DNA from: Vicinamibacteria bacterium
GTDB taxonomy: Bacteria > Acidobacteriota > Vicinamibacteria > Marinacidobacterales > Marinacidobacteraceae
Direction of reading: 5' to 3'
Length of the DNA: 64,000 nt
Assembly (NCBI GenBank): GCA_963422395.1
Contig: OY729431.1
Span: forward strand, 2,592,001-2,656,000
Below the pieces are notes generated by a model. The model worked only from the letters and a program-made list of their open reading frames with translations. It was not told the DNA's origin and did not search any database. A program made the translations under genes and the position numbers. This document shows, piece by piece, positions 46,602-56,149 of this stretch (the stretch's first letter is position 1; each line of letters opens with the position of its first letter).

Positions 46602-48560
46602 TCAGAAACGGACGGCGAGCCCGCCGACGATGCGCCGGGGCGCGTGCGCCACCGCGATCTCGTCGAGGAGGGATCGTCCGATCATGTCCCGGAAGAACAG
46701 GTCGCGCACCGCGAGCGACAGCTCCCATTCGGTGCCGCTCCAGTCCGCGAAGGGGATCCCCTGAACCAGCTCCGCGTCGAAGCGGACCGTCCGCTCGCTG
46801 CCCTCCCATTCCCTGCTGCCCCCGGTGCCGACAGCGCGCGCGGGCGCGAGGCCGGGATGGCGGATGAGACGGTAGGCGGCGTGGAACCGCGTTCCCGACG
46901 GGCGCAGTCGGGCTACCAGAGCCACGGACAGATCGTGGATGGCGGCAGGAGCTCCGGCGGGCACGAAGAAGGCGGCGGGCGCTCCTTCCATGCGCCCCGG
47001 CTCGCCCGCGTCCGGGACGGAGAGCCCGAAAGCGGAGGGGGACGGGTTCTCCACCCGGGCGAGCAGCCAAGACACGCGGCCGCCGAGATCGAGGCGGCGG
47101 GTCACCGGTTCCAGATCCCGCCGATAGCCCACCGCGAACCCCCGGATGCGGTAATCCCCGGCGTTCGAAACCTCGAACCGCCCTCCGGCGATCGGCCCCG
47201 ATTCGAAGGAGCGGAGCAGTTGGTCGGTGGTGACCTCGTGGAAGACCCGCACCGCGAGTGCCGCGCTCGGGGACGCCTGGTACTCCAGGCCGGCCTGGTA
47301 GCGGGTGCTGCGCTGAGCCGCCTCGGAGTGGAACCAGGAGGGATCGAGCGAAAGCAGGTCGCCGTGAGCGACTCGGGAGAGCAGGGCGGCGTCCTCGCCG
47401 ATCGGGCCGTCCACCCGGACTGCCATCCCGCCGACCAGCGTCCAGTCCTCGTGGGCCTCGACTTCGAGGACTGCTCGCGGCGCCAGGCCGCGGTGGCCGC
47501 TGAGGTAAGAGAAGCGGCGGTAGGTCAGCCCGGTGCTGAGGCTCGCGGGGCCGAGGGAGAAATCGTCGGAGACGAAGGCTGCTCCGTCCCAGGCCGCCTG
47601 GGGTTCGTGGAGCAGCTCGGCGTTCAGGATCGGCGCGGCGGGAGGCCGGTAGCCGGTCGCGCCGCCGTAGAGATGGCGCTGGTAGCCCATCCCGGCAGAG
47701 AACTGATGGCCGTCGAACTCCTCCATGGCATACGAGAGGTTCGCCGCCCACGAGGCGAGCGCCGACTCCAGGAGCCGCGCCTCGGCCTCCCAGCGTCCGC
47801 GCGCAGTGGAGGGGAGCTCGAAACGAGTGTACGCGATCCCCGAGTCCACTCCCCGGCTCTCGGAGAGGCCGAGTGAACTCCCGGACGCCGCGAAGAAGCC
47901 GATCTCACCTTCGATCGAAGCGAGCCTCGGGAGGCGCGGCCGGTCCTTCCACTCGCCCCCCCAGGGTTCCTCGATATCCACGACCGCGCGGCGGTCCTTC
48001 AGAACATTCCGCCGGCCCCGCTGCAGCAGCCAGCGCAACTCGGAAAGGGTGCCGGAACCCCGCTCGCTCGAGATCGCCGCCATCTGCAGGAGCAGGGTGT
48101 CCGCGATCGAGGCGCCGCTTTCGACGAGGACCTGGGCCCGCGGGGAGGGGAGGAAGCCGGCGAGATAGGCGCGCAGGCTGTAGAGGCCCGGGGAGGCCTC
48201 GCCGACTTCGAAGCGGCCTTCCTCGTCGGTGACCGCGAATTGGGCTTCGTCCTCCTGATCGGCGGCGAAGACCGAAACCAGCGCCCCGGGGAGCGGGTGT
48301 CCGTCCTGGGTGGCGACGACCCCCGCGATCTGCGCGAGGATCACCACGCCGGCGCCGCCGCCCGGAACCGGATTGGCCTCGGGAAGCGAGGCGGCGGGGG
48401 ACGAAACGGACGGTGCAACCGGCGGATTCGGCGCCCCGACGGCCGGCGCCCCGACCAGAGAGACGATCAGACCGAGGACCGGAGCTGCTAGCAGGGGCGC
48501 CGCCCCGGAAGAACGGATCGCCCGCAACCGAAGATTCCCGCCGAGACCCCAGACCGACAT
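46602..48560 (-). CDS. Putative outer-membrane beta-barrel with carboxypeptidase-regulatory N-domain (short TBDR-like)
   Basis: Signal-like N-terminus, G.PLPGA.V..TD.EGRF motif, amphipathic strands, APR motif and terminal VRF. Confidence 0.7.
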   Translation of the reverse strand: MSVWGLGGNLRLRAIRSSGAAPLLAAPVLGLIVSLVGAPAVGAPNPPVAPSVSSPAASLPEANPVPGGGAGVVILAQIAGVVATQDGHPLPGALVSVFAADQEDEAQFAVTDEEGRFEVGEASPGLYSLRAYLAGFLPSPRAQVLVESGASIADTLLLQMAAISSERGSGTLSELRWLLQRGRRNVLKDRRAVVDIEEPWGGEWKDRPRLPRLASIEGEIGFFAASGSSLGLSESRGVDSGIAYTRFELPSTARGRWEAEARLLESALASWAANLSYAMEEFDGHQFSAGMGYQRHLYGGATGYRPPAAPILNAELLHEPQAAWDGAAFVSDDFSLGPASLSTGLTYRRFSYLSGHRGLAPRAVLEVEAHEDWTLVGGMAVRVDGPIGEDAALLSRVAHGDLLSLDPSWFHSEAAQRSTRYQAGLEYQASPSAALAVRVFHEVTTDQLLRSFESGPIAGGRFEVSNAGDYRIRGFAVGYRRDLEPVTRRLDLGGRVSWLLARVENPSPSAFGLSVPDAGEPGRMEGAPAAFFVPAGAPAAIHDLSVALVARLRPSGTRFHAAYRLIRHPGLAPARAVGTGGSREWEGSERTVRFDAELVQGIPFADWSGTEWELSLAVRDLFFRDMIGRSLLDEIAVAHAPRRIVGGLAVRF

Positions 48561-48697
48561 ACCCCGGTAGTCAATCGCGCCCCCGCCCCGGAGTCAAACG
48601 CCACGCCGAATCCGGATGGATCCTCACCGAATCGGCGCCGGCTTTCCGAGGACCGGGCGGGGGCCCTAGAATTCGACGATCACGAAGGTGCGGAGCT

Positions 48698-49987
48698 ATG
48701 GAATCCACGATCGATCGGGTGGTCGGGCGCGAGATCCTGGATTCGCGGGGACGGCCGACGGTCGAAGCCGAAGTCTGGCTGGACGGCGGGGCCTCGGGGC
48801 GCGCCGCCGCCCCGTCCGGGGCCTCCACCGGACGGCACGAGGCAGTCGCGCGCTCGGACGGGGACCCCGGACGGTACCGCGGGCGGGGAGTGCTTTCGGC
48901 GGTCGAGGCCATCGAGATGCGAATCGGCCCCGAACTCTTCGGCGAGGACGCGAGCGATCAGTCCACCGTGGACGAGCTCATGATCGAGCTCGACGGAACG
49001 GCCGACCGTTCCGGGCTCGGCGCGAATGCGATCCTCGCCGTCTCGCTCGCGAACGCCCGGGCGGCGGCCGCCGCCGCCGGGCTGCCGCTCTATCGCGCTC
49101 TCGGCGGCGCCATCGCCGAGACCCTGCCGGTTCCCTTCCTCAATGTGCTGAACGGAGGCGCGCACGCCGACAACGCACTCCTCGTCCAGGAGTTCCTGGT
49201 CGCGCCACTCGGCTTCCCCAGCTTCTCGGAAGCGCTGCGGGCGGGCGCCGAGGTGTACGAAGCGCTGCGCGAGATCCTGGCCCGGCGGGGCCACATCACC
49301 GCCGTAGGCGACGAAGGCGGCTTCGCCCCGAAACTCGATGAGGCGGAGACGGCCCTCGAACTGCTCCTCGAAGCCATCGGGAGCGCCGGACTGCGGCCCG
49401 GCGAGGACATGGGGATCGCCCTCGATGTGGCGGCGAGCGAATTCTGGAGCGAGGACGGCTATCGTTTTCCGTCCGGAGCCGGTCCGCGCCCCGCGGAGGC
49501 GATGATCGAGATCTATTGCGGCTGGGTGGAGCGATTCCCCGCGCTCTTCTCCATCGAAGACGGACTCGCCGAGGACGATTGGGCCGGCTGGACCGCGCTC
49601 ACCGAGGCTCTGGGGCAGCGGGTGCAGATCGTCGGCGACGATCTCTTCGTGACCCGGGAAGACCGGCTCGGACGGGGCATCGGGGAGGGCGCCGCGAACG
49701 CCGTCCTCATCAAACCGAACCAGGTCGGCACCCTCAGCGAAACGATCCGCGTCGTCCAGCGCGCCCGGCGGGCGGGATTCGGGGTGATGCTCAGCCACCG
49801 CTCCGGCGAGACCTCGGACACCGCGATCTCCCATCTCGCGGTCGCCACCAACGCCGGGCAGATCAAGGCGGGGGCGCCCTGCCGCGGGGAGCGGGTCGCC
49901 AAGTACAACGAGCTCCTGCGGATCGAAGAGGACCTCGGAGCCCGGGCGCGCCTCGCCCCGAACCCTCGCCTCGCCGGTCTGGGGTGA
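48698..49987 (+). CDS. eno: Enolase
   Basis: REILDSRG.PTVEA, PSGASTG, GDEGGFAP, VGDDLF, SHRSGET and AKYNELLRIEE motifs. TAGAAT at 48667; SD GGAG. Confidence 0.98.
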   Translation: MESTIDRVVGREILDSRGRPTVEAEVWLDGGASGRAAAPSGASTGRHEAVARSDGDPGRYRGRGVLSAVEAIEMRIGPELFGEDASDQSTVDELMIELDGTADRSGLGANAILAVSLANARAAAAAAGLPLYRALGGAIAETLPVPFLNVLNGGAHADNALLVQEFLVAPLGFPSFSEALRAGAEVYEALREILARRGHITAVGDEGGFAPKLDEAETALELLLEAIGSAGLRPGEDMGIALDVAASEFWSEDGYRFPSGAGPRPAEAMIEIYCGWVERFPALFSIEDGLAEDDWAGWTALTEALGQRVQIVGDDLFVTREDRLGRGIGEGAANAVLIKPNQVGTLSETIRVVQRARRAGFGVMLSHRSGETSDTAISHLAVATNAGQIKAGAPCRGERVAKYNELLRIEEDLGARARLAPNPRLAGLG

Positions 49988-50604
49988 TCCCCGAGGCGCC
50001 GGAGGCGAGCCGGCCGTACCGGATCCGGCAGTACCCGCTCGAGAGCGGTTCCCTCGAGATCCAGTTCCTCGAGGAATTCTTCGGCGAGTTCGAGCGGAAG
50101 AAGACCTCGACCGAGATCCGGCAGCGGCTCGAAGACCGGGAGCACGGCATCTTCATGGTCGAGGCGCGGCTTCCCGAGGAGCCGACCCGCTTCGCGCCGG
50201 TGTCCTACCGGGTGGCGCACGAGCTCCGGGCCGGGGAAACCGACCCGAAGCTGGCGGATCTGGTGGAACGGCTGCGCGGGGTGGTGCGGTTTTCGGGACA
50301 ACGGGTGCTCTACGCCTGGCTGGGCGGCACCCGGAGCGACTGGCGGGGGCAGGGGCATTTCCGGGCACTCCACGAATTCCAGGAGGAGTGGGCCGTCGAG
50401 AAGGGATTCCGCGAAATCGTGGCGAAGACCAAGAACCGGTTCTACGAAATGCGCGGCACGCTCACGCACCTGAACTTCGATGTCATCCATTACGAGCCCC
50501 ACCCCATCCACAACGGGGACTCCAAGGTGTACCTGTCGAAGCGCCTCGGAGGCAGCCCCAGCCGGCGGCGGCGCGCCTCGCTGCTCCGCTACCAGGAGGC
50601 CTGA
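49984..50604 (+). CDS. GNAT-fold putative acetyltransferase
   Basis: Motif A-like LGGTRSDWRGQG; GTGA overlap with the eno stop. Confidence 0.7.
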   Translation: MIPEAPEASRPYRIRQYPLESGSLEIQFLEEFFGEFERKKTSTEIRQRLEDREHGIFMVEARLPEEPTRFAPVSYRVAHELRAGETDPKLADLVERLRGVVRFSGQRVLYAWLGGTRSDWRGQGHFRALHEFQEEWAVEKGFREIVAKTKNRFYEMRGTLTHLNFDVIHYEPHPIHNGDSKVYLSKRLGGSPSRRRRASLLRYQEA

Positions 50605-50666
50605 CCGCGGACCTCGTTGCGGCCGGGCTGGGGTATCTTGGGCGGCCGTTGCGGGAGGATCCGAGC

Positions 50667-52757
50667 ATGACGAAAAGGAACCGGGCGAAGACGAGCCGGG
50701 CAACAGCAGACAGGTTCGTTGCGATAGCCATCGCGGGCTTGGCGATCCCTGCCCTCGCCGCCTCGGCAGCCGCCGAACTCACGCGGTTCGAGATCTTGGA
50801 GCGCTCCGAGGTGCTCGACGGCCGACCGTTCGGCCTCGCCGGCGCCTACGAGACTCTCGCGGGAGTCGCCCACTTCGCCTTCGATCCCGAAAATCCGGCG
50901 AACCGGATCATCGCCGACATCGACCTCGCCCCGAAGAACGCCGACGGTCGGGTGGAGATGTCCGCCCGATTCCAACTGCTGCGGCCGAAGGTCATGGAGA
51001 AGGGCCGGGGAACGCTGCTGCTCGAGGTGAACAACCGGGGGCGCAAGGGGCTGCTCCGCTACTTCAACCGGGGAGAGGGGAGTCTCGCGCCGAAGGCGGA
51101 GGAGCACTTCGGCGACGGTTTCCTGATGCGGCACGGGTTCACCCTCCTCTGGCTCGGCTGGCAGTGGGATGTTCCCGACGACGATCCGCTGCGGATGCGG
51201 ATGTTTCCTCCGGTGGCGCGAAACCCCGACGGTTCCGCGATCACCGGGCTGGTGCGGGCCGACTTCGTGGTCCGGAGCGCGAGCGGCCATCACTCGCTGG
51301 CCGACCGCAACCACCGGCCCTACCGGGTCGCCGACCCCGACGACCCGTCGAACACGCTGACCGTGCGCCGCCGGGTCGAGGACCAGCGGGAGGTCGTCCC
51401 GCGGAGCGAATGGGGGTTCGGCCGGGTCGAGGACGGCGCGGTCCTCGCCGACGACGGCTCGGTGTATCTGAAGGGCGGTTTCCAGCCCCACCGCATCTAC
51501 GAGGTGGTGTACCGCTCGGAGAATCCGCCGCTCGTGGGGCTCGGCCCCGCCGGCATCCGCGATTTCGTGAGCCGGCTCCGTCACGACGGGGCCGAGCCGC
51601 TCGGCATCGCCGCCGGGGACCTGGACAACGCTCTCGGGTTCGGCATCTCTCAGAGCGGCCGTTTCCTCAGGACCTTTCTCTACTACGGATTCAACGGAGA
51701 CGAGCGGGACCGCCGGGTCTTCGACGGGGTGATCTCGGATGTGGCAGGTGGCGGCCGCGGCAGCTTCAACCACCGGTTCGCGCAGGCTTCGCGGGACGCC
51801 CACCCCTATCTGAATCAGTTCCACCCGACGGACATCTTCCCCTTCACCGAGGTGGAGCAGACCGATCCGGACACCGGAACCACCGCGGGCCTGCTGAGCC
51901 GGCAGCGCGAGGCGTTCTACCCGCGGGTCTTCTACACGAACTCGTCCTACGAGTACTGGGGCCGCGCCGCCAGCCTGATCCACACCACGGTGGACGCTCG
52001 CGAGGATGCCCGGATCCCCGACCATGTCCGCATCTACCTGTACTCCGGCAGCCAGCACGGCCCCGCCGGGTTCCCGCCCGGGATCACCCTCGGCCAGCAG
52101 CGGGCCAACCCCAACGACTTCAGATGGGGGCAGCGCGCGTTACTGCTGGCGATGGACCGCTGGGCGCGGGGCGGCGCGCCCCCGCCGCCGAGCCGGTATC
52201 CGAGCGTCGAGGCGGGCACCGCCGTCGCCGCGGCAGACCTCGGTTTCCCGTCGATTCCCGGAGTGCGCACCTCGGACCGGGTGCACTACGCCTACCGCGC
52301 CGACTACGGACCGGACTTCGCCACCGAGGGGATCGTCACGCAAGAGCCTCCGGTCATCGGACGGCGATTCCCGATCCGGGTGTCCTCGGTGGACGCCGAC
52401 GGGAACGAGCTCGCCGGGGTGCGGATGCCCGAGGTCGCGGTTCCGCTCGCCACCTATACCGGCTGGAACCTCTTCGACGCCGCCTCCGGCCCGCCTGACG
52501 AACTGGCGAGCATGGTCGGCTCCTTCTTGCCGTTTCCGAAAGACGCCGCCGCCCGCGAGGCGTCGGGAGACCCGCGCCGATCGGTGGCCGAGCGCTATGC
52601 GAGCCGCGAGGACTACCTCGGCCGGTTCACCGAAGCCGCCCTGGACCTCATCGAATCCGGCTACCTCCTCGGCGAGGATCTCCCCGCGCTGACCCGCCAC
52701 GCGCTCGCCCTCTGGGACCAGGTGTTGGGCCCGGCGGAAACCGCCGATTCCCCCTGA
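50667..52757 (+). CDS. Secreted alpha/beta-hydrolase-domain protein (Abhydrolase_10-like)
   Basis: Signal peptide, EVNNRG, GISQSGRFLR, EYWGRAASL, DADGNE..GVR.P and ERY.S motifs. Confidence 0.82.
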   Translation: MTKRNRAKTSRATADRFVAIAIAGLAIPALAASAAAELTRFEILERSEVLDGRPFGLAGAYETLAGVAHFAFDPENPANRIIADIDLAPKNADGRVEMSARFQLLRPKVMEKGRGTLLLEVNNRGRKGLLRYFNRGEGSLAPKAEEHFGDGFLMRHGFTLLWLGWQWDVPDDDPLRMRMFPPVARNPDGSAITGLVRADFVVRSASGHHSLADRNHRPYRVADPDDPSNTLTVRRRVEDQREVVPRSEWGFGRVEDGAVLADDGSVYLKGGFQPHRIYEVVYRSENPPLVGLGPAGIRDFVSRLRHDGAEPLGIAAGDLDNALGFGISQSGRFLRTFLYYGFNGDERDRRVFDGVISDVAGGGRGSFNHRFAQASRDAHPYLNQFHPTDIFPFTEVEQTDPDTGTTAGLLSRQREAFYPRVFYTNSSYEYWGRAASLIHTTVDAREDARIPDHVRIYLYSGSQHGPAGFPPGITLGQQRANPNDFRWGQRALLLAMDRWARGGAPPPPSRYPSVEAGTAVAAADLGFPSIPGVRTSDRVHYAYRADYGPDFATEGIVTQEPPVIGRRFPIRVSSVDADGNELAGVRMPEVAVPLATYTGWNLFDAASGPPDELASMVGSFLPFPKDAAAREASGDPRRSVAERYASREDYLGRFTEAALDLIESGYLLGEDLPALTRHALALWDQVLGPAETADSP

Positions 52758-52843
52758 GAGGGCCGGGACAGAGAAATGACCGACGGGCCGGCGGCGGCCC
52801 ATAGCCGCCGAAGAAGACGGACCCCATGCTGACGAATCTCAGG

Positions 52844-52857
52844 TTGAAGATTTTCAA
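52844..52857. promoter_or_regulatory. Candidate operator palindrome upstream of the TRAP operon
   Basis: TTGAA-GATT-TTCAA about 30 bp before dctP, in an otherwise GC-rich region. Confidence 0.45.
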
Positions 52858-52886
52858 ATCGTGGCCGGATACCGGCGACATACAGC

Positions 52887-53876
52887 ATGCCTGAAATCCA
52901 ATCGATCCTGCGCCTGGCAGCGGGCCTCGGCATTGCCGGCCTCGCTGCATGCACCCCAACGCACGACGCAGGAGTCATCGTGGTTCGGCTCGGGCACATC
53001 GGGTTCCCCGGATCGCCGTTCGACCACGGAGCGCGGCATTTCGAGGAACTCGTGGAGTCGCGTTTTCCGGGCCGGATCGATATCCGGATCTTCGGCACCG
53101 CCCAGCTCGGCGAGGACAAGGAGATGCTCGAGGGACTGCGCCTGGGCACCCTCGAGATGCACCTCCCGTCCTCGGTGCTCCACTCGGTGGTGCCCGAATT
53201 CGGCCTCTTCGATCTGCCGTTCCTGATCCGCGACCGGGAGCACTTCGAGCGGATCGCGGCCAGCGGGATCGGCGAAAGCCTGCGGCAGACCCTCCGGGAA
53301 GAGCAGGGACTGACGCTCCTCGCCTTCTGGGAGAACGGTTTCCGGGTCATCACGAACGATGTGCGCCCGGTGGTCACCCCGGCGGACCTCCGGGGTATCC
53401 GACTCCGGACTCCCAAGGACCCCGAACGGGTACGCCTGTTCGAGACGCTCGGAGCGAGCCCGGCATCCATGAGTTTCGGCGAGGTGTTCTCGGCGCTCCG
53501 GCAGGGGGTGGTGGACGGACAGGAGAATCCGCTCGCCCAGCTCACCGCGGCGCGCTTCCACGAGGTGCAGCGTTATCTCTCGCTCTCGAACCATGTGTAC
53601 ACCCCCTCCTATCCGGTGGTCCGCACCCGCTGGTTCGAGGCGCTGCCCGCCGACCTCCAAGCCGGGATCGGGGAAGCCGCGGAAGCGACGGGAAGCTGGC
53701 TGCGGGAGTTCCTGCGGGAGGAAGATGCCCGCCTGCTCGCCGAACTCCAGGGGCAGCTCGCGGTGAACGAGGTGGACCGGGCGGCCTTCGCCGCCGCCGC
53801 GGTGCCGGTCTTCGACCACTACGAGGCGCGCTTCGGCGCCGACTGGATCGAAACCGTCCGGGAACTCGAACGCTGA
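52887..53876 (+). CDS. dctP: TRAP transporter substrate-binding lipoprotein
   Basis: Lipobox LAAC; QLG, ENGFR, DLRG..LR, ALRQGVVDGQENP and EVQ motifs. Confidence 0.93.
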   Translation: MPEIQSILRLAAGLGIAGLAACTPTHDAGVIVVRLGHIGFPGSPFDHGARHFEELVESRFPGRIDIRIFGTAQLGEDKEMLEGLRLGTLEMHLPSSVLHSVVPEFGLFDLPFLIRDREHFERIAASGIGESLRQTLREEQGLTLLAFWENGFRVITNDVRPVVTPADLRGIRLRTPKDPERVRLFETLGASPASMSFGEVFSALRQGVVDGQENPLAQLTAARFHEVQRYLSLSNHVYTPSYPVVRTRWFEALPADLQAGIGEAAEATGSWLREFLREEDARLLAELQGQLAVNEVDRAAFAAAAVPVFDHYEARFGADWIETVRELER

Positions 53877-54421
53877 GCCCGCCGCCGGAACGCCGTAACC
53901 TGTCGGCAGACCCGCACCTGTCCCACCCCCCGGAACCCCCGCCGCGCCGAGATCTGCTCGCCGCGGCCTGTTCACTGCTCCTCGGCGGGATCGCCGCGCT
54001 CTGCCTCGTCGAGGTCGCGCTCCGCTACGGATTCGGCGGCGGGCTCGGCTTCTACGACGAGCTCGCGGGCTTCTCGCTGGTCTGGCTGACCTTCCTGGGC
54101 GCGGTGCTGGCACGGCGGGACCGCGCCCACATCGGCATCCGCGACTTCACGCGCAGACTCGGCCCGCGGGCGCAGCGCCGGGCTCAGATCTTCGAACACG
54201 CCGTGCTGCTGGGCCTCCACCTGCTCCTCGCCTGGTTCGGCGCGGTGTTGGTACTGCGCTTCGCGGGCGAACGGGCGATCACCATGGCGGCGCCGATGGG
54301 CCTCTTCTATTTCGTGCTGCCGCTCTTCGCGGTCATGACGGCGCTTCTCGAAGCACGCCGCCTGCTCGCCGCGTTCCGCGGTTCCGGAAAAACCGAAGTC
54401 CCCCCGATGGGGGTCTCCTGA
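53873..54421 (+). CDS. dctQ: TRAP small permease
   Basis: V..RY, DELA..VWLTFLGA and HI motifs; 4 TMs. Start unresolved (CTG overlapping the dctP stop). Confidence 0.85.
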   Translation: MSPPPERRNLSADPHLSHPPEPPPRRDLLAAACSLLLGGIAALCLVEVALRYGFGGGLGFYDELAGFSLVWLTFLGAVLARRDRAHIGIRDFTRRLGPRAQRRAQIFEHAVLLGLHLLLAWFGAVLVLRFAGERAITMAAPMGLFYFVLPLFAVMTALLEARRLLAAFRGSGKTEVPPMGVS

Positions 54422-54434
54422 CGGAAATCCTCCG

Positions 54435-55727
54435 ATGGAAATCCTGGTCGCGCTGATCGCGGCGGCGGGGCTCCTGCTCGTCGGGATCCCCATCGGCTAT
54501 GTGCTGATCGCGGCGTCGGTGGCCGCCATCTGGCTCACCACCGACACCCCGCTGGTGGTCGTTCCGCTCCGCCTCTTCAACGGAACCGACTCCTTCCCGC
54601 TGGTCGCCATCCCGCTCTTCATCCTCGCCGGCTCGCTGATGAACCACGCCGGGATCTCCCGTCGGCTCACCGACTTCGCCGCCTCGATCGTGGGTTGGAT
54701 GCGCGGCGGGCTGGCCATGACCACCACCGCCTCCAGCATGCTCTTCTCGGAGATGTCGGGCTCGGCGGTCGCCGATGCCGCCGCTCTCGGCAGCGTGCTG
54801 ATTCCCGCGATGAAGGACCGCGGCTATCCGGCGCCTTTCGCCGCTGCGGTGCTCTCCTCCTCGGCGACGATCGCCATCCTCATCCCGCCTTCGATCCCGA
54901 TGATCCTCTACGGGGCGGTGACCGGCGCCTCCATCGCCCGGCTGTTCCTCGCCGGAGTCGTCCCGGGGCTCCTCGCGGGCGTCCTCATCATGGCGGTCAG
55001 CCGGGCGCTCGCCCGGCGCGGCGGATTCGGCGATTCGGAGCCTTTCCGCTGGACGCAGGCGGCGGCGGCCTCCCGGAGGGCGGCATGGCCGCTCCTGATT
55101 CCGGCAGTGATCCTGGGCGGCATCTTCCTCGGCTGGTTCACTGCGACCGAAGCGGCGGCGGTGGCGGTTCTGCTCGCGCTCCTCATGGGGACCGCCGGCT
55201 ACCGCAGCGTCGGACTCGAGCAGGTGCGCGGCGCCTTCACCGAATCCGCCCGCCAGACCGCAGTGGTCATGCTGCTCGTCGCCGGGTCTGCCATCCTCGG
55301 CTGGTATCTGGCAAACCAGCAGGCACCCGAGCGGCTCGCCGCCTTCGTCCTCTCGCGAGCCGACTCCCCCTGGATGGTGGCGATCGTTCTCGACGGCCTG
55401 CTGCTGCTCGCGGGAACGATCCTCCACAGCGCCGCCGCGGTGGTGCTGCTCGTTCCCATCCTGCTGCCGCTGGCCGAGTCCGCCGGCATCGGCCCGGTCC
55501 ACTTCGGGATGATGGTCACGGTGAGCCTCGCAGTCGGGCAGCAGACCCCGCCGGTCGCCTCGGTCCTCATCACCACCTGCTCCATCGCCAAGACCGGAAT
55601 CTCGGAGGTGATGCGGTTCAATGTGTTCTTCATCGCGGCGCTGCTCGTCGTGCTGGCGATCGTGACCTGCTGGCCCGAGGTGAGCCTGCTGCTGCCCGAC
55701 CTGCTGCTCGGCGGCCCCGGAAACTGA
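54435..55727 (+). CDS. dctM: TRAP large permease
   Basis: AIPLFILAG, SGSAVAD, IPPSIPMI, PVHFG and TPPV motifs. Confidence 0.95.
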   Translation: MEILVALIAAAGLLLVGIPIGYVLIAASVAAIWLTTDTPLVVVPLRLFNGTDSFPLVAIPLFILAGSLMNHAGISRRLTDFAASIVGWMRGGLAMTTTASSMLFSEMSGSAVADAAALGSVLIPAMKDRGYPAPFAAAVLSSSATIAILIPPSIPMILYGAVTGASIARLFLAGVVPGLLAGVLIMAVSRALARRGGFGDSEPFRWTQAAAASRRAAWPLLIPAVILGGIFLGWFTATEAAAVAVLLALLMGTAGYRSVGLEQVRGAFTESARQTAVVMLLVAGSAILGWYLANQQAPERLAAFVLSRADSPWMVAIVLDGLLLLAGTILHSAAAVVLLVPILLPLAESAGIGPVHFGMMVTVSLAVGQQTPPVASVLITTCSIAKTGISEVMRFNVFFIAALLVVLAIVTCWPEVSLLLPDLLLGGPGN

Positions 55728-55767
55728 GCCGCCCCGACTCGACGACCGGGTGACTTCGGGAACAGGC

Positions 55768-55776
55768 TGCTAGAAT
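55768..55776 (+). promoter_or_regulatory. Extended -10 promoter for tRNA-Ala/selC
   Basis: TG-C-TAGAAT about 60 bp upstream of tRNA-Ala. Confidence 0.55.
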
Positions 55777-55835
55777 CGGCGAGGTTTCTCCGGTAGCAGC
55801 ATCGGCGAAGAGTCGGAGGGAGCGAGGTCCGGATT

Positions 55836-55908
55836 GGGGCTGTGGCGCAACTGGGAGCGCGCGTGAATGGCATTCACGAGGTCACGGGTTCGATCCCCGT
55901 CAGCTCCA
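55836..55908 (+). tRNA. tRNA-Ala(GGC)
   Basis: GGGGCTG/CAGCTCC acceptor with G3-U70, anticodon loop ATGGCAT, GGTTCGATCCC. Followed by CCG. Confidence 0.96.
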
Positions 55909-55997
55909 CCGGATGCCTTCCGGCGGCGAACCGGCCCGAAATCCCGAGGGCCCAGGCCGTGGGGGTCAGAACCGCGGGGGTCGAAACCGCGAGCAAG

Positions 55998-56092
55998 GGA
56001 AGCGCATGGGGTCTGGCGGCCTCCGCGGACTTCAAATCCGTTGATTCCGGGTTAGCCCCCGGGATGGTGGGTTCGATTCCCACACGCTTCCG
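55998..56092 (+). tRNA. selC: tRNA-Sec(TCA)
   Basis: GGAAGCG/CGCTTCC extended acceptor, 6-bp D stem with 4-nt loop, GCGGA-CTTCAAA-TCCGT anticodon arm, long variable arm, GGTTCGATTCC. Confidence 0.92.
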
Positions 56093-56149
56093 CCGGGGGA
56101 CTGCGGGCAGGGCGGTGCACACGGCGTCCCGACCCGAACTCCGACCGGT

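Noticed and set aside
55961-55990. 15-bp imperfect direct repeat (GGGGGTCAGAACCGC / GGGGGTCGAAACCGC) between tRNA-Ala and selC
   Set aside because: Only two short copies; likely slippage, with no supporting evidence of function.
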